Of a stretch of DNA of 64,000 bases, positions 37,977 through 50,139 are shown piece by piece (within the stretch, counting starts at the first letter, position 1; each line of letters opens with the position of its first letter). The position numbers and the translations under genes are program-made. This DNA is from Azolla caroliniana (Eukaryota > Plantae > Polypodiophyta). The notes under the pieces are model-generated. The model did not search any database, had not been told where the DNA came from, and saw only the letters and a list, made by a program, of their open reading frames with translations. Where the stretch lies: positions 6,882,001-6,946,000 of the forward strand of contig JBHGNT010000022.1 of NCBI GenBank assembly GCA_043228905.1, in the 5' to 3' direction.

Positions 37977-40900
37977 ATGTCTAGATCAACGCACGACCTG
38001 GTTACAGATCGAACTCGACGCCTTGCCGAAAGGCAAAGGAGACGTGAGGCTTTCTAGTAAGCGGCGCAGGAAATTAGAGCGGATCGCTCGTTTTCCAACG
38101 TAATCTGGAGAGTAGCGGAGGACTCCCTCTAGTTACAACCAACATCGCACCCGCACAACGGCAGCAGCCTAAACAGCCTCCGGGAAACCGAATCCCTTCT
38201 CCACGCGTTGGCAAACGGAGAAGGCGAAGCAGAAGCCTTTTCAGCATATGAATCGGACTCCGAAGGGGAATACAGCGTGCACACGAACTACCGTAGCAAC
38301 AACGAAACCCCGGGTGGACCGGAGGACGAAGGATCGGATACCTTACCGACACCGGAACCGGAAGTGCTAACGCTGGAACCCCCGGAACCAGCAGAGGAAG
38401 AGCGACCTCTGACACCGGAAGTCGAAGAGGAGAGGCCTCCGTCACCAAAAGAAGAGGAAAGACCACCGACGCCGGAAACAAATCGGGAAAGACCACCAAC
38501 GCCGGAGAAAATCCCGGAACGAGCACCAACACTGCCAGCCCGCGCACTGATACCGGACGACGACATGCCGTTCCAATACTCCAAGTATAGAGATGATCTG
38601 GACGCGGAAGCTCACGTGCACGCCTTTGAACAGACCTGGGAAGCCAACCATGTGTCCCAACGATTGACCCCGGATGAAGAGGAATGCTCTAAGATAGCGG
38701 AATTTGGCGTCACATTGGAGGGACCGGCAGCAAGATGGCGCCGGACGCAGGACCCGTCTACCATCAACACCTTTGCAGATTTAAAAGCTAAATTCTTGCA
38801 TTTTTTCCAAAAGGAGGTGGACCAAACCATAATGGTAGGCTTATTTTATACCATCCGACAGGAGGCAGGGGAGAGCATTCCCCAATTTTTCATCCGGTTT
38901 CAACGGATGCATAGTCAGCTTGCCCGCGCACCCCCGGAGGAGGAATTAAGGACGATATTCCTAAACGCGCTCCGGGAACCCCTACGCACGGTTTGCACGG
39001 TAATTGACTTCCGCACAAGTACCATCGACCAGGTCATTGACCGGGTGAGAGAGATGGAAAAGACAAGCTCTTGGCTCACACTGGGAGCACTCCAACGGGC
39101 GTTACCATCCGATGAAGACCTCCGGTTTCGGCAAGCAATACAGTGCACAACCTGCTTGAATTCCGTACACTCGGCTCTAGAATGCACTATGAGGACGCAA
39201 TGTGTAATCTGTCAATCCAAGGGCCATATGACGGATAGGTGCGAGTATAATCTATTGAACCAGCAAGCACCGTCCGTCCGACAAATTGAGCCACGCAGCA
39301 GCCAGGATGAAGAAGAGGAACTTTGGTGGCGAATGGACCGCGACCGACCGGCACAGGATGTCCGGTATGGCAATCGACGGGAGAATGATGTCCGGTACGG
39401 TGATCGGCGGGATAACTATGACCGGCATGATCAGTACCGGGATTACAATAGACGATACGAACATTACGACCGGGAGCACTCCCCCGGGTATCGTCAGCAA
39501 CGGGAGGAATACGGCAGATATAACGGGCAACCCCGTCAAGTGTACCGCAATAAGAAGAGCTATAACAAAAAACGGCATTTCAAAAAAGGCGGCTACCCAC
39601 GGGATCCGGAACAAGGAGCTCCAAGTAGCCAACCGGTCCAAAACCCCGCGCATACCACAGGACCTGCCCCGGGTACAACAGACAATGCCGAATCCAGCAA
39701 TACCCGGAAAGCCTACTCCTACTACTGCTGACAGGAAGGCCATTATAGTAATCAATGCCCGGTGAAGAGCTATGAAAAACGACCGGCGGTAAATATGGTA
39801 GTCCCTGAGGTGGCAGATCTACAGCAGGTGACCACAAGGTCGAAGGGCCTGGCCAAGGAATGGGAGACGTAGGAGACCATCCGGAAACAAGCAACGGAAT
39901 GGGTGAAGAAAGCAAACGAGCAGAATGTCACAAACTTACAGCGGCAAAAGGAGAACACCGTAGGGCTTGCCGGCGGTAGTCACTCCGAGAATGAGACATG
40001 GCAGGCGTTGTCGTGAAGAATGTGCTTCACGATATAAAAATGAACTTAAATGTTGTATTTCATAATATTTGAGAGACTTGAACCCACATTCTTATAAACG
40101 ATATACAATGTACATACCACTAGGCTAGGCTATTTATTTGTAAAAGTGTGTAATAAATGTGCTTCATGATATAAGAATGAAGCTATATATTGTATTAAGT
40201 AAAATTGAGGGACTTGAACCCTCAACCTTGTATACCAAGCACCAAGTATACACCACTAAGCTAGGTTAGTTATTTTAGAATGCATTTTCATCATTATACT
40301 TATCCCATATCTATTTTCATACATAGCCATCATTCATCACATGCAATGCATGTGCGCCAAATGGCGATCATGCATTACATGTAACTCATGCATTGCATGC
40401 ATGCCATGCTCCCATACATTACCATATGCATGGTAACACTTATATAAAGAGGGGAAAGGGAAAACAAGGGGATCAAGAGAAAGTGAGAAAGTAATACAAT
40501 TAAGTAAAGAAGATTAGCTCATTGGGTGGAGAACCTCTTGTTTCGAAGTTGAGGTCGTGAGTTCGAATCAAGGGTCGGTAGAGAAAGGGTTCATCTTGCT
40601 ACCAAACATTGTAAAGTTGGTAAAATCTTGTAATCGTAATACATATCATATACTTTTTTGTCTTAAATCATACTTTGTCTCTACCTTGCGTCTTGAATCA
40701 TACATTGCCTCTATCTTTTATCTATACTAGTCTCACTCTCACACATATTACTTTAAACTATTATTCTTCATATCCTTTATCTTCCTAACATTTGAGCGCA
40801 AGCCTTATAAAAGTTCCTTCAACTCCCCTTAACCTTAGTCCCTGCGACTTCGCCGCACGAACCACAACTACCCCGACAGCGTTGCAAGAATGCCAGATTA

Positions 40901-43900
40901 CGTTGCCACTAGGAAGACTCCTACAACTCGTGCCAAGATTCACGGAAGGACTGAAGACGGCCATGACGGCAGGAGAACCATCACCGGCACCGGTACTCTT
41001 CTTGAATCCGGAGGAGGGACCAACGGTGGTGGACACCAGCAGTCCGGTAATCACTGCCATTGTAAAAGGGAAAGAACTCCCTGGCACAGTTATAGACGGA
41101 GGCTCTGGGGTGAATGTAATAAGCCTCCGGACGTGTGATGCCCTAGGAATCCACGAGTGGGAGCCGTGTCTGTTCTGGTTGCGGATGGCCGATACAAGCT
41201 CAGTGCGCCCGACAGGATTAATACGGAAATTAGAAGTCACCGTGGGCGGTCATACATTTCACATCTCGGCAGTAGTGCTACAATTACAGGCACAAGGCGC
41301 ATACTCGCTATTACTGGGGCGACCATGGTTGAAAACGGCACATATCAAACAGAATTGGAGGAAAAATATAATTACCTTTCGGCGAGGAAAAGCCAAGGTA
41401 CGGGTACCAACACAGCCAAGGATGAGCACTGGCAAGGAATGTACACCGTTGTATGCGGAATGCGTCAACATGCTAGAAGGGTTAGCTGACGAAGAAGAAG
41501 CTCAGTACTTGCAGGAAAACCCGAAGATCATGCCCCTCTTCGAAATTGACATTGCCGAAGCAGTAACACCATACTTACCGCAACCGGAAGAGGCTGAAGT
41601 AGAAAAGGATAAAGACGCAATCCGGGAGTTACCGCAAGCGCAGGAAGCGTTGGAACGGGAAATGGCCGTTTCACAGCGCGTAAAAGCGTCGCAACTGGAA
41701 GAGGTGAACCTAGGGACCACAAACGAAGCAAAACCGATGCACATCGCCAAGGAGATGAAGTCCGAAGACAAAACGACGATGATCACACTTCTCACGGAAT
41801 TTCGCGATGTGTTCGCCTGGTCATACGGAGACATGCGAGGACTCGACCCTCAGTTATACCAGCATCAGGTTCACTTGAGCAAGGACGCAAAACAAGTGGC
41901 ACAAAGACGGTACCGGATGAACCCCAATTATGCCGCCAAAGTCAAGGAGGAAATCGACAAACTGCTAAGAGTTGGCTTTATCCGTCCGGTAAAGAAAGCG
42001 ACATGGCTGAGCCCGATTGTAGTTGTACCGAAGAAGAACGGAAAAATTCGAGTTTGTGTGGATTACCGAAAACTCAATGCAGCTACGGTAACGGATGCGT
42101 TTCCACTTCCGTTCACAGATGGAGTGTTGGATGCCGTCGCCGGCCATGAGGTCTATAGCTTTCTAGACGGATTCAACGGGTATAATCAGATCCGGATGCA
42201 CCCCGACGACCAAGAGAAAACGGCTTTCGTCACCGAATGGGGGGTGTTTGTGGCCGTGGTGATGATGTTCGGACTCAAAACGGCACTGGCAACATTTTAA
42301 CGAATCATCATGGAAATCTTTGGTGAATATATTCCGGCTTTTATGCAGGTTTTCCTTGACGATTTCTCCGTCTATAGCCGGGAGGAGGACCATTTTCAGC
42401 ACCTCTGTCTTTGTCTAGAAAAGTGTAGAGCGTACCGGCTAAGCTTGAATCCGGCAAAGTGTGTATTTGGCGTGTCCAGTGGAACTCTATTAGGACATAT
42501 TGTGAGCTAGGAAGGTATTGCAGTCGACCCGGACAAAGTGAAAGCCATATTAGAAGCACCGGCGCCGGCAACGACAAAGGCATTAAGCCGGTTCTCAGGC
42601 CAGATCCAGTGGCACAGCCGGATGCTCCGATACTTGGTCAACCTGGCTACACCGTTGCATGCCGCCGTACATCGGACACCATTCTAGTGGACCGACACCG
42701 AGGATAGGGCGTATAGGGCCCTCAAGGTACTATTGTCGCAAGCACTGGTAGTGCAGCCTCCGGATTGGAGTAAAGAATTTCATGTGTTCGTGGACGCCTC
42801 CGACATCGCAATCGGAAGCGTACTTATGCAGCTTACGAAGCCAAAGTGGTACCGGCCAGTGTACTATGCCAGCCGGAAGCTATCCCAAGCAGAACGGAAC
42901 TAGTCTACCACAGAACGGGAAGCTCTAGGGATGATCTACAGTGTGACAAAGTTTCAGCATTATTTATTGGGAAGGAAGTTTTCCTTCCATGTAGATCATT
43001 CGGCACTCCTTTACCTGGTGTCCAAAGCGTCACTCACCGGCAAATTGGCCCGGTGCACCTTACTGTTACAGGAATTTGAGTTTGAAATATTCCACCGACT
43101 CGGTATACAGCATGCCGTGGCGGATTACTTAAGCTGATTAGAGTCCGGAGAGACGGGTGACGGAGTTGCGGATGAGTTTCCGGATGCGGAGCTGTTTCGA
43201 GTCACTACGGAAATGGCAGCAGATGAGACGGTGGCACAGGAAGACAAGTGGCTCACAAACATGCACCAGTTTCTGAGCACAGGACTGCCTCCGGAAGAGA
43301 TGAACCGGGACGAACGGAAACGCCTAGCAGTGCAAAGCTGACATTTCTGCTTACTGCAAGACACACTTTACAGCAAGGGCGCGAACGGCATATGGAGACG
43401 GCTGTGCGCAACGATGAAAAGGACCTGATACTGAGGGAAGCCCACTGCGGAGTTGCCGGAGGTCACTATGCTGGAGATGCGACGGCCAGGAAAATATGGC
43501 AAAGTGGCCTATGGTGGCCAACCACATTAAGAGATGCGGTACGGTACGCAAAAGAATGTGACCTATGCCAGAGAATGGGCCAGCCAACGGAGCAGGCTCG
43601 TATGCCACACCAGCCGGTACTACCACTCGAGCCATTCCAGAAGTGGGGGCTGGACTTTGTTGGACCGTTCAAACCATCGGCAATGAGAACGGGTAATCGG
43701 TACGTCATCGTCGCGACGGATTACTGCACGAAATGTTTGGAGGCCAAAGCCTTAAGAGACAACACCGCGGCGTCAACGACGAAATTTCTATACGAGTACA
43801 TCTGGTGCCGTTACGGATGCCCAATCGAATTAATAAGCGACCAAGGGGGGCACTTCCTCGGCCAAGTAGTTGAAAGCCTGACGACATTCTATGCCGTTGT

Positions 43901-44564
43901 CCATAAACGGAGCACACCTTACTATTCGCAAGCGAACGGTTTAGCGGAATCGACGAACAAAACGCTCCAGAATATCCTCCGGAAGATCATCAACGAAAAC
44001 CGAACGGATTGGGATACCAAGCTACATAGCGCGCTTTGGGCATACCGGACGGCATACAAAACGAGCATTCGAACAACACCGTTCCGATTAGCGTTCGGGC
44101 TAGAGGCGGTAATGCTGGTTGAATTCCAAGTACCCAGCTTACAGATCCAGCTACGGGAACGACTGAACGAGAAGGAGTCGGAGGCAATACGGTTAACAAC
44201 GCTGTGTGAACTCGAGGAACAACGACTGGCAAGCATCCTGCACTTAGAATTGGAGCAATGGCGACGGAAAGCATTTGTCGACCGGCACAGGAAAGGAAAC
44301 GAAAAAATGTTCGCGATCGGCAAACCGGTGTTAGTATTTCAGACCCGGATGGGCAAGATGCCAGGTAAACTACGGTTTAGATGGACCGGACCGTACTGGC
44401 TAACACGTGAGTATAATGGGTCCTACCAGTTAGGGACACTTGCCGGCGAAGTGCTAGGCAAATGGGTCAACGGATTCCGATTGAAGCCATATAGAGGACC
44501 GATGCCCAAGAACCCATTTGAGCAAAGGACTGGCGCCAAGACATCAGAGACGGTGAGCAGGTAA
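37977..44564 (+). pseudogene. gag-pol of E (Gag with three CCHC motifs, PR, RT, RH, INT); stops and a solo-LTR insertion
   Basis: ORFs 38208-39731, 40792-42300, 42310-42510 (VFLDD), RH VFVDASD near 42790, 43248-44564 (EAHCG..GH, CDLCQ, KWGLDF, SDQG, NGLAE, GPY). Confidence 0.92.
40009..40878 (+). mobile_element. Solo LTR (870 bp) with 4-bp TSD GCGT and tRNA-like A/B-box modules
   Basis: TGTCG...CGACA termini; GCGT at 40005-40008 and 40879-40882; the empty site is visible in B (TGGCAGGCGTTGCAAG); TATATAAA at 40441. Confidence 0.85.
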
Positions 44565-44983
44565 CTGGGGAGAATGAGGCCGGTAAGGGTCCGATCGGAC
44601 CAACGGACAAGTAACGCCAAACTAACAGAAAAAAAAAATAAAAAAAATGAAGTAATCATGCAAAAGCGAGGAATGAATGGACGAAAGAGCGAGGAGCGAA
44701 AAGGTACGTAGTGGAGATTTAAAGCGCCACCACAGGACATAATGCTATTTTAGTACACGACGTGCACACACTCGAAAAAGGCGCCAGAATGCACAGAAAA
44801 AAAGCACAGTGTGTGGAAACCCTCTACTTTCGAGAACCCAGGAGCACAGAAGCACCAAGGCGCTGCAAGGTCATCAGACGAGAACCTACGCACAGAGAAC
44901 CCCCGCTATCTGAACTCTCTCTCTCTCAATCTCACTCTCATCACCATCCAACCTCGCCACCACAATCCGACCTCGACACAGAC

Positions 44984-47760
44984 ATGGACCCACAAACGCT
45001 GTTGGAGGCCGCCAAGACATGGCCAAAGCAACACGGGCTCGAGGGCTTCTTGATGATGATGGAAGTACCGCCACACAAAGAAGCCGACAAGGTGATCAAA
45101 GAAATCGACACAGAGGTCATAACGGCGGAAGCTATTCGAGCGTTATCAGGCCTTCCGGAGGGAGGCATACTCACGATTGACAATCCGACCCCGGAGCAAC
45201 TCATCAGGTATTTTGGTGAGTACTCCCTAGCTAGTAAGGGCTACCGGACACAGGGCGGCAGAGACATGTTGTTCCGCGAGATTGCTCGTGTGCTCCACGA
45301 ATACGGCCATGTGTACCCTAGACCCCCTGTCATGCCGCAGAACCGGGCAGGGATGATCATCGCCAGCCTATGAAGGTATCAAGGTGGATTGGCCGGTATT
45401 GATCGCAGATGGGTTGTGTGCGGCGATCGAGATCATCAGAGGCAAAGACGACAAAGAAGGCCGAGAAGGACGGAGGATATGGCACGCCGTAACGCAGTGG
45501 CTCACCTTGCTTGTGCCACCCGTCCAGCCTGTCCAGCCCAAGAAGCGAGGAAGAGTGGTGGAGGGCACCCCAAAGACGGCTTCCAAAAGACAACAGTTGT
45601 TGGACTCTAAGGCCACTAAGGGGAAGGCGGAGGACACAGAACAGGCAGGAAAGGAAAGCGGCAGCCGGAAGCGGCCAACGGATGCGCAGGAGGAACCACC
45701 GGCACGGCCCATAAAGGTTACACTCCGCCGACCAGTGAATAGAGAAGCGGACCCCTTGGTGGGAAACTCAATGCCGGGACTCAGGAAGAGGAAATAGAGG
45801 AGGAGCCTACGGAGCACCTCCAGCGACGGTCGTCGGCAAGGACCGTTGAGGCAGCCGGGAAACGTTCAGACCCTCAGACGGAGGGAACACCGGCTCCCCA
45901 TACTGAGACTCCCACGCCAAGGGAGGAACCGGAACCGGTGCGCATGGCACCGGAATCAGAAGCCCCGGCACCACCGGCAACACCGGCAAGTCCCATCCCG
46001 CTAGAGCCGGAAAGGTCAATGCAACCTCCCTCGGCCAGGCAAGAAGAAGCGCAAGGGGAACCAGGACAGCAGGGTGGTCCACAGGCAGAAAGGAATTGCA
46101 ACTCGGCGCAATCAGGCGGGACCACGCATCTACAAGTGAGCCCATCTGTCAAACCTCCGGGCAAACGCAACAACAAGGCACCGGTAGCCTGTGGCTCCGG
46201 TGGGTAGGCGAACAGATTGTCGGAGCAGTGGGATATATTGAGGCGGAAGAAAGAGCGCAAAGCGAACGGTTGCTCGTCACAACCGAACAACTAGAGACGG
46301 CCCGGTCCAGAATCCGATGCCTGGAAAAAGACTTGGATCAGGTCACGACAGAGATGGCCAAAATGGCTTTAACAGCAACACAGATCCAATCAACCGTGAC
46401 TCCGGTAAGTGTACAGAATAAAGAAACGGATCGACCTGTACATATCAATAAGACCCCGGCAACGGAAACCATTCCGGCGAGAGATGCGGCGCAAGACTAG
46501 GAGCTTGCGGAATTGAGAGATGAACTTGCCGGGCTAAGGAGCCGTGAACAGGAATTGAAGACAGCGACCGAAGCCGAATTAAAGAAGACTACTGAGAACC
46601 TCCATCGGGCAGAGGAGAGCCTCCGGAAAGGCCATCAAGCATACGAACGGCTAAGGGAGGAAAAAGACAAAGTGCTGCAGGAAAAGGACAAGCTGCAGAA
46701 GACGGCGGAAACGGAAATTGAACGGCTAAAGGAAGAGCTCTGCTAGCAGAAGGACCGCGAGGACCGGGCCCATCGACAGATCAACGCACGGCTCAAGCAA
46801 AAGACAGATGATTTTGAGCACCTGCACTAGGACTACAAACGGCTGGAAACGGAGCATAAAGAACGGATGGCCGAGCTCCAGCAGGAAGTTGATCGGGCCG
46901 CGACGGCGATCGCTGACGAACATGCGGAAAATACAAGACGCTTGGACGAGGTGGAGAAGGTCCGGATGGAGCTCCAGAGGCAGCAGCAGGAAGAAAAGGA
47001 GAGAGCGTCAACGGTATTGCAGAAATTACAAAGCACATATCAATGACAATTGACGCATTACAAGGAGCAGACGGAGGACAACGTCAAAATCATCAAGCAA
47101 CTGAAGGAGAAACGACAAGCGGCGGAAAGCAAATCGCAATTGGGAACGGGCCGGATTTAGTCCATCCTCCGGGCATGGCTGAATCAGACAAAACACTTGA
47201 TTGATGAAAGCTCCGTAAGATGGTGGACAAAGTGGGCACAAAACGCGGCGGAACTCCAATTGCTACGGGCAGACGTGGCAAACCGACGGAAGGAAGGAGA
47301 TGATTGTTATACGTTGACTTCCGAGGACTTCACCGCCATACGGGACGAGCTGGCCGAGGACTTCCAAGTCCTGGCGGATGAACAGCTGGCGCATGTCCGG
47401 CGACTCGTAGCTCAGCTAGACGATGATAGGCTGGACGCTCAAATCTAGTTTGAAAGCTACAAGCAGTCCCGGGTTCGGGAAGAAAAAGCACGGGCAGCGG
47501 CAACGGTTAACCTTAGTGATGAGGAACCGTCGCCGGCCGAGGGCCAGCCCGGAACCAGTCAACCGGAGACCACTACGACAGAGACGCTGGTGTTAGAGCA
47601 ACAAACAGAGGAGCAGCCACAGCAGCCACCAATGGACCCGTCGCAGCAGACATCAACAGAGCAGCAACAACAACAGCAACCACAACAACAACAACCAATT
47701 CCCGATGAACCATTGGAGACTCTCGAACAAAGCATTCTGGATATTTTAGACGAAGAATAG
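44984..47760 (+). pseudogene. Extra ORF3 of E, with frameshifts and stops
   Basis: Colinear with ORF3 of B; MDPQTL...ILDILDEE*. Confidence 0.8.
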
Positions 47761-47772
47761 CAAGGGTCGGTT

Positions 47773-47812
47773 GTGGATTCGACGTACAAGGTACTGTCCC
47801 ACGGGCGTGCCA
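47773..47812 (+). other. tRNA-3'-half-like motif ending in CCA at the PPT position of E
   Basis: GTGGATTCGA-cgtacaaggtact-GTCCCACGGGCGTGCCA, then TG, then the LTR at 47815. Confidence 0.85.
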
Positions 47813-47814
47813 TG

Positions 47815-48246
47815 TGTTATTGGTCGGCAAAGGAGTCCAGAGTGTGAAACAGGGAGTTCTTTAAGTAGTAGGACTGTTGTTGTAATTAAGCTATGAGTGA
47901 GGACGGACGGACTGGAATCGGTATGCCGTTCCGGATCCGGACCGATCCCGAACAGGTGCGGATGGCACCGTTTTGTAATACAGACCGGAAACCTATTTAA
48001 AGGCCCGGATACAATGTAATGAATAGCGGTTAATTAATAAAGTTTAGTGTTATCTCTCTGTGTTAATTGCCGTTCTGCCTTCATTGTTATATCTTATGTG
48101 TGTGATTATTGAAGACGATCAGGCTAAGTAACCTAATTAGGTCGGATTAAGCATTGAGTCTAATCATGTTGCCGTAACACCCCTTTGGTGAAGTGTCTTC
48201 CGTAGACAGCCTGTGTTAGGCCATTGTCCGGCCCTAAGAGTTAAAA
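47815..48246 (+). repeat. 3' LTR of E (terminal CA mutated to AA)
   Basis: Direct repeat of 37489-37923. Confidence 0.92.
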
Positions 48247-48251
48247 ACTTG

Positions 48252-50139
48252 TACCTGGCCCAGTGCTTCGTTCTGCTCGTGTATCCTTTGGTCGGCCTGG
48301 GCTCTAATCTCGGCCATCTGCTTGGACGCTTCTTCTTTTAGGTGAGCCATCGCCTCCTGATGCCGTTGTTCGTGTCTCTCGGTTCGCCATTGTTCTTCTT
48401 TAAGCTCCGCGCAGTAATCCCGGAGCGGGGGTTCTGTCTGGGTTGCCACCTCCTTGGGTGCACGAGGGGGTGGTATCTCAGTCTTCTCCATAGGCGTGGC
48501 CGCCTCGGTTGTTGTGCAGGCATCGACCATTTGTAACGAGTCCGTTTGTGTACTGGCCTGCATCGTCAGGATTGACTCTGTGACGGTGCTTTCATCCATC
48601 ATTGTTATGCGTGGAGGGGCTGGGAGGGCCTCGGTGGTCGTGGCCGGAAGGCTCAAGAGTTGTTGTTCTGGCCGGTTTTGCTCCCAGGCTGCCAACTTCT
48701 GTTTCGCAGTGTGCCATAATTCTGTAGCCATCTTAGCCTGGTTTTGGGCTATTTTTATCTTTCGGGCCATGTCTTTGGCTGCCCGCGTAGTGCGATCCAG
48801 GTCCCTATATGCCTCGATAAGGGCCGTGTTCAACTCGGGAACCTCCATGAGGAGAGCGGCCTGTTTTGCCTGCTTCTTTCTCCCGATTTTTTGTAAAGCC
48901 CTATCGTCCTGGGGCTCAATTTCACCTACTAGCGCGCGTTGAATCATTTTTGTTTCGGCGTGCTCTTCCGCCATTCGAGCGACTGCCGCGACTTGGGCTC
49001 TGGCGAGGAAGTCGACCAGCTCGAATGTCGTACCGAGGCGTAGGAGCGCACTAAATTCTTAAGCCTTCGCGGGGAGGTCTTTATACCCGAGGACTTCATC
49101 CTCTGAGATCTGCGTTGTCTGCCCATGCTCGATCTTTCCCTGGTTCAGCGATGCCTCCTCAGGGATGATGGCCAGGTTGCTCTGTCTGACAACTAAGGCT
49201 TGCTCCTGTTGTGGCTCTGTCTATTCTGCCGAGGACACGCGGTTGAGTCGTCTTCTCTTGCTCGGCTATGTTTGGGGTTCCGGGGCCGGTAGTGTCGTTT
49301 CCTCCGCTTGCTTCCTTTTCTGGGGTCGTGGTGGTGCTGCCTGCTGTGTGTTGGGGCATGGGCTAGGCCTTGGGGAAGTTACCGAGGGGCGCAACGTTGG
49401 TTGTCGAATGGTGACATCATCTGCCGTGTTGTCTTCCATGGCTACCTCCTCCTCCCATTCTTGGCAGGTCTCGGAAACTGCCCTTTTCTGTTGGGGTTGG
49501 GTGGGTGGTGGTGCAGATGCGGGGTTTTGGTCGACGGCAGGAGGTGGAGGCGATTTGGACTCCTCCCATGCTTCGTGGTTGATGGCAACGGATTTCTCTT
49601 TCTGCCTTCGTGGTGGTAGTGGGGACGTGAGTGTGCGAGGGGAAGGAAGAGAAGAGGGTGGGTATAGAACCATCAAAAAGTGGGTAAGAATAGACAACAT
49701 CTTCTTACCGGACTGAAATGAAGCTAAGGCGGCGCGGAGTCCTTCGCCTGTGATGATTCCCCAATCGATTCTGTTTCCTTCATACGCGTTGATGATGATG
49801 GCTGCCTTGTTCTGCGGCATGCTTGTTGGGTTCGTATGCACGAACGCATACTCCATTAATATACGAGCAATCTCCCCGAAAGCTCTGTTGGGACCGCCAT
49901 ACGTGCGATATGCCTTCCCTGAGGCTGAGTACTCACCGAAGTACGCTTTCATCTTCGATGCCGGGGGTAGATCGACCTCATGGTCCCCTCCCTGTTGCAG
50001 GTCCAAAACAGCCCGAAGCACGTTGTTGGTGATGGCTTCGGGCATCTGGGTGCGCGGGGGCATCGATGATCTTCAGGTAACCGCCCATTCCTCGTTCCTG
50101 GAGCCAGGCGCGGGTTTCTGTTGAAGCGATAAGAGGCAT
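48252..50139 (-). pseudogene. N-terminal half of ORF3 of D
   Basis: MPLIASTETRAWLQERGMGGYL; YFGEYSASGKAYRTYGG..EIARILMEY..MPQNKAAIIINAYEGNRIDW aligns with ORF3 of B/E. Confidence 0.78.

Larger units (their letters stand above)
37489..48246 (+). mobile_element. Ty3/gypsy element E, full length, inserted in ORF3 of D, no PPT
   Basis: LTRs 37489-37923 and 47815-48246; TSD GCTTG/ACTTG; PBS-like TGGTGACCACGA at 37931-37942; gag-pol then ORF3. Confidence 0.93.

Noticed and set aside
40071-40570. Genuine tRNA genes
   Set aside because: No complete acceptor stems or canonical anticodon arms, and they lie inside a TSD-flanked LTR.
44984-47760. ORF3 as a true envelope gene
   Set aside because: No visible signal peptide, transmembrane helix or furin site.
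7802-48246. B/E as a large inverted repeat or DIRS-type element
   Set aside because: Independent insertions with their own TSDs, direct LTRs and DDE integrase; no tyrosine recombinase.
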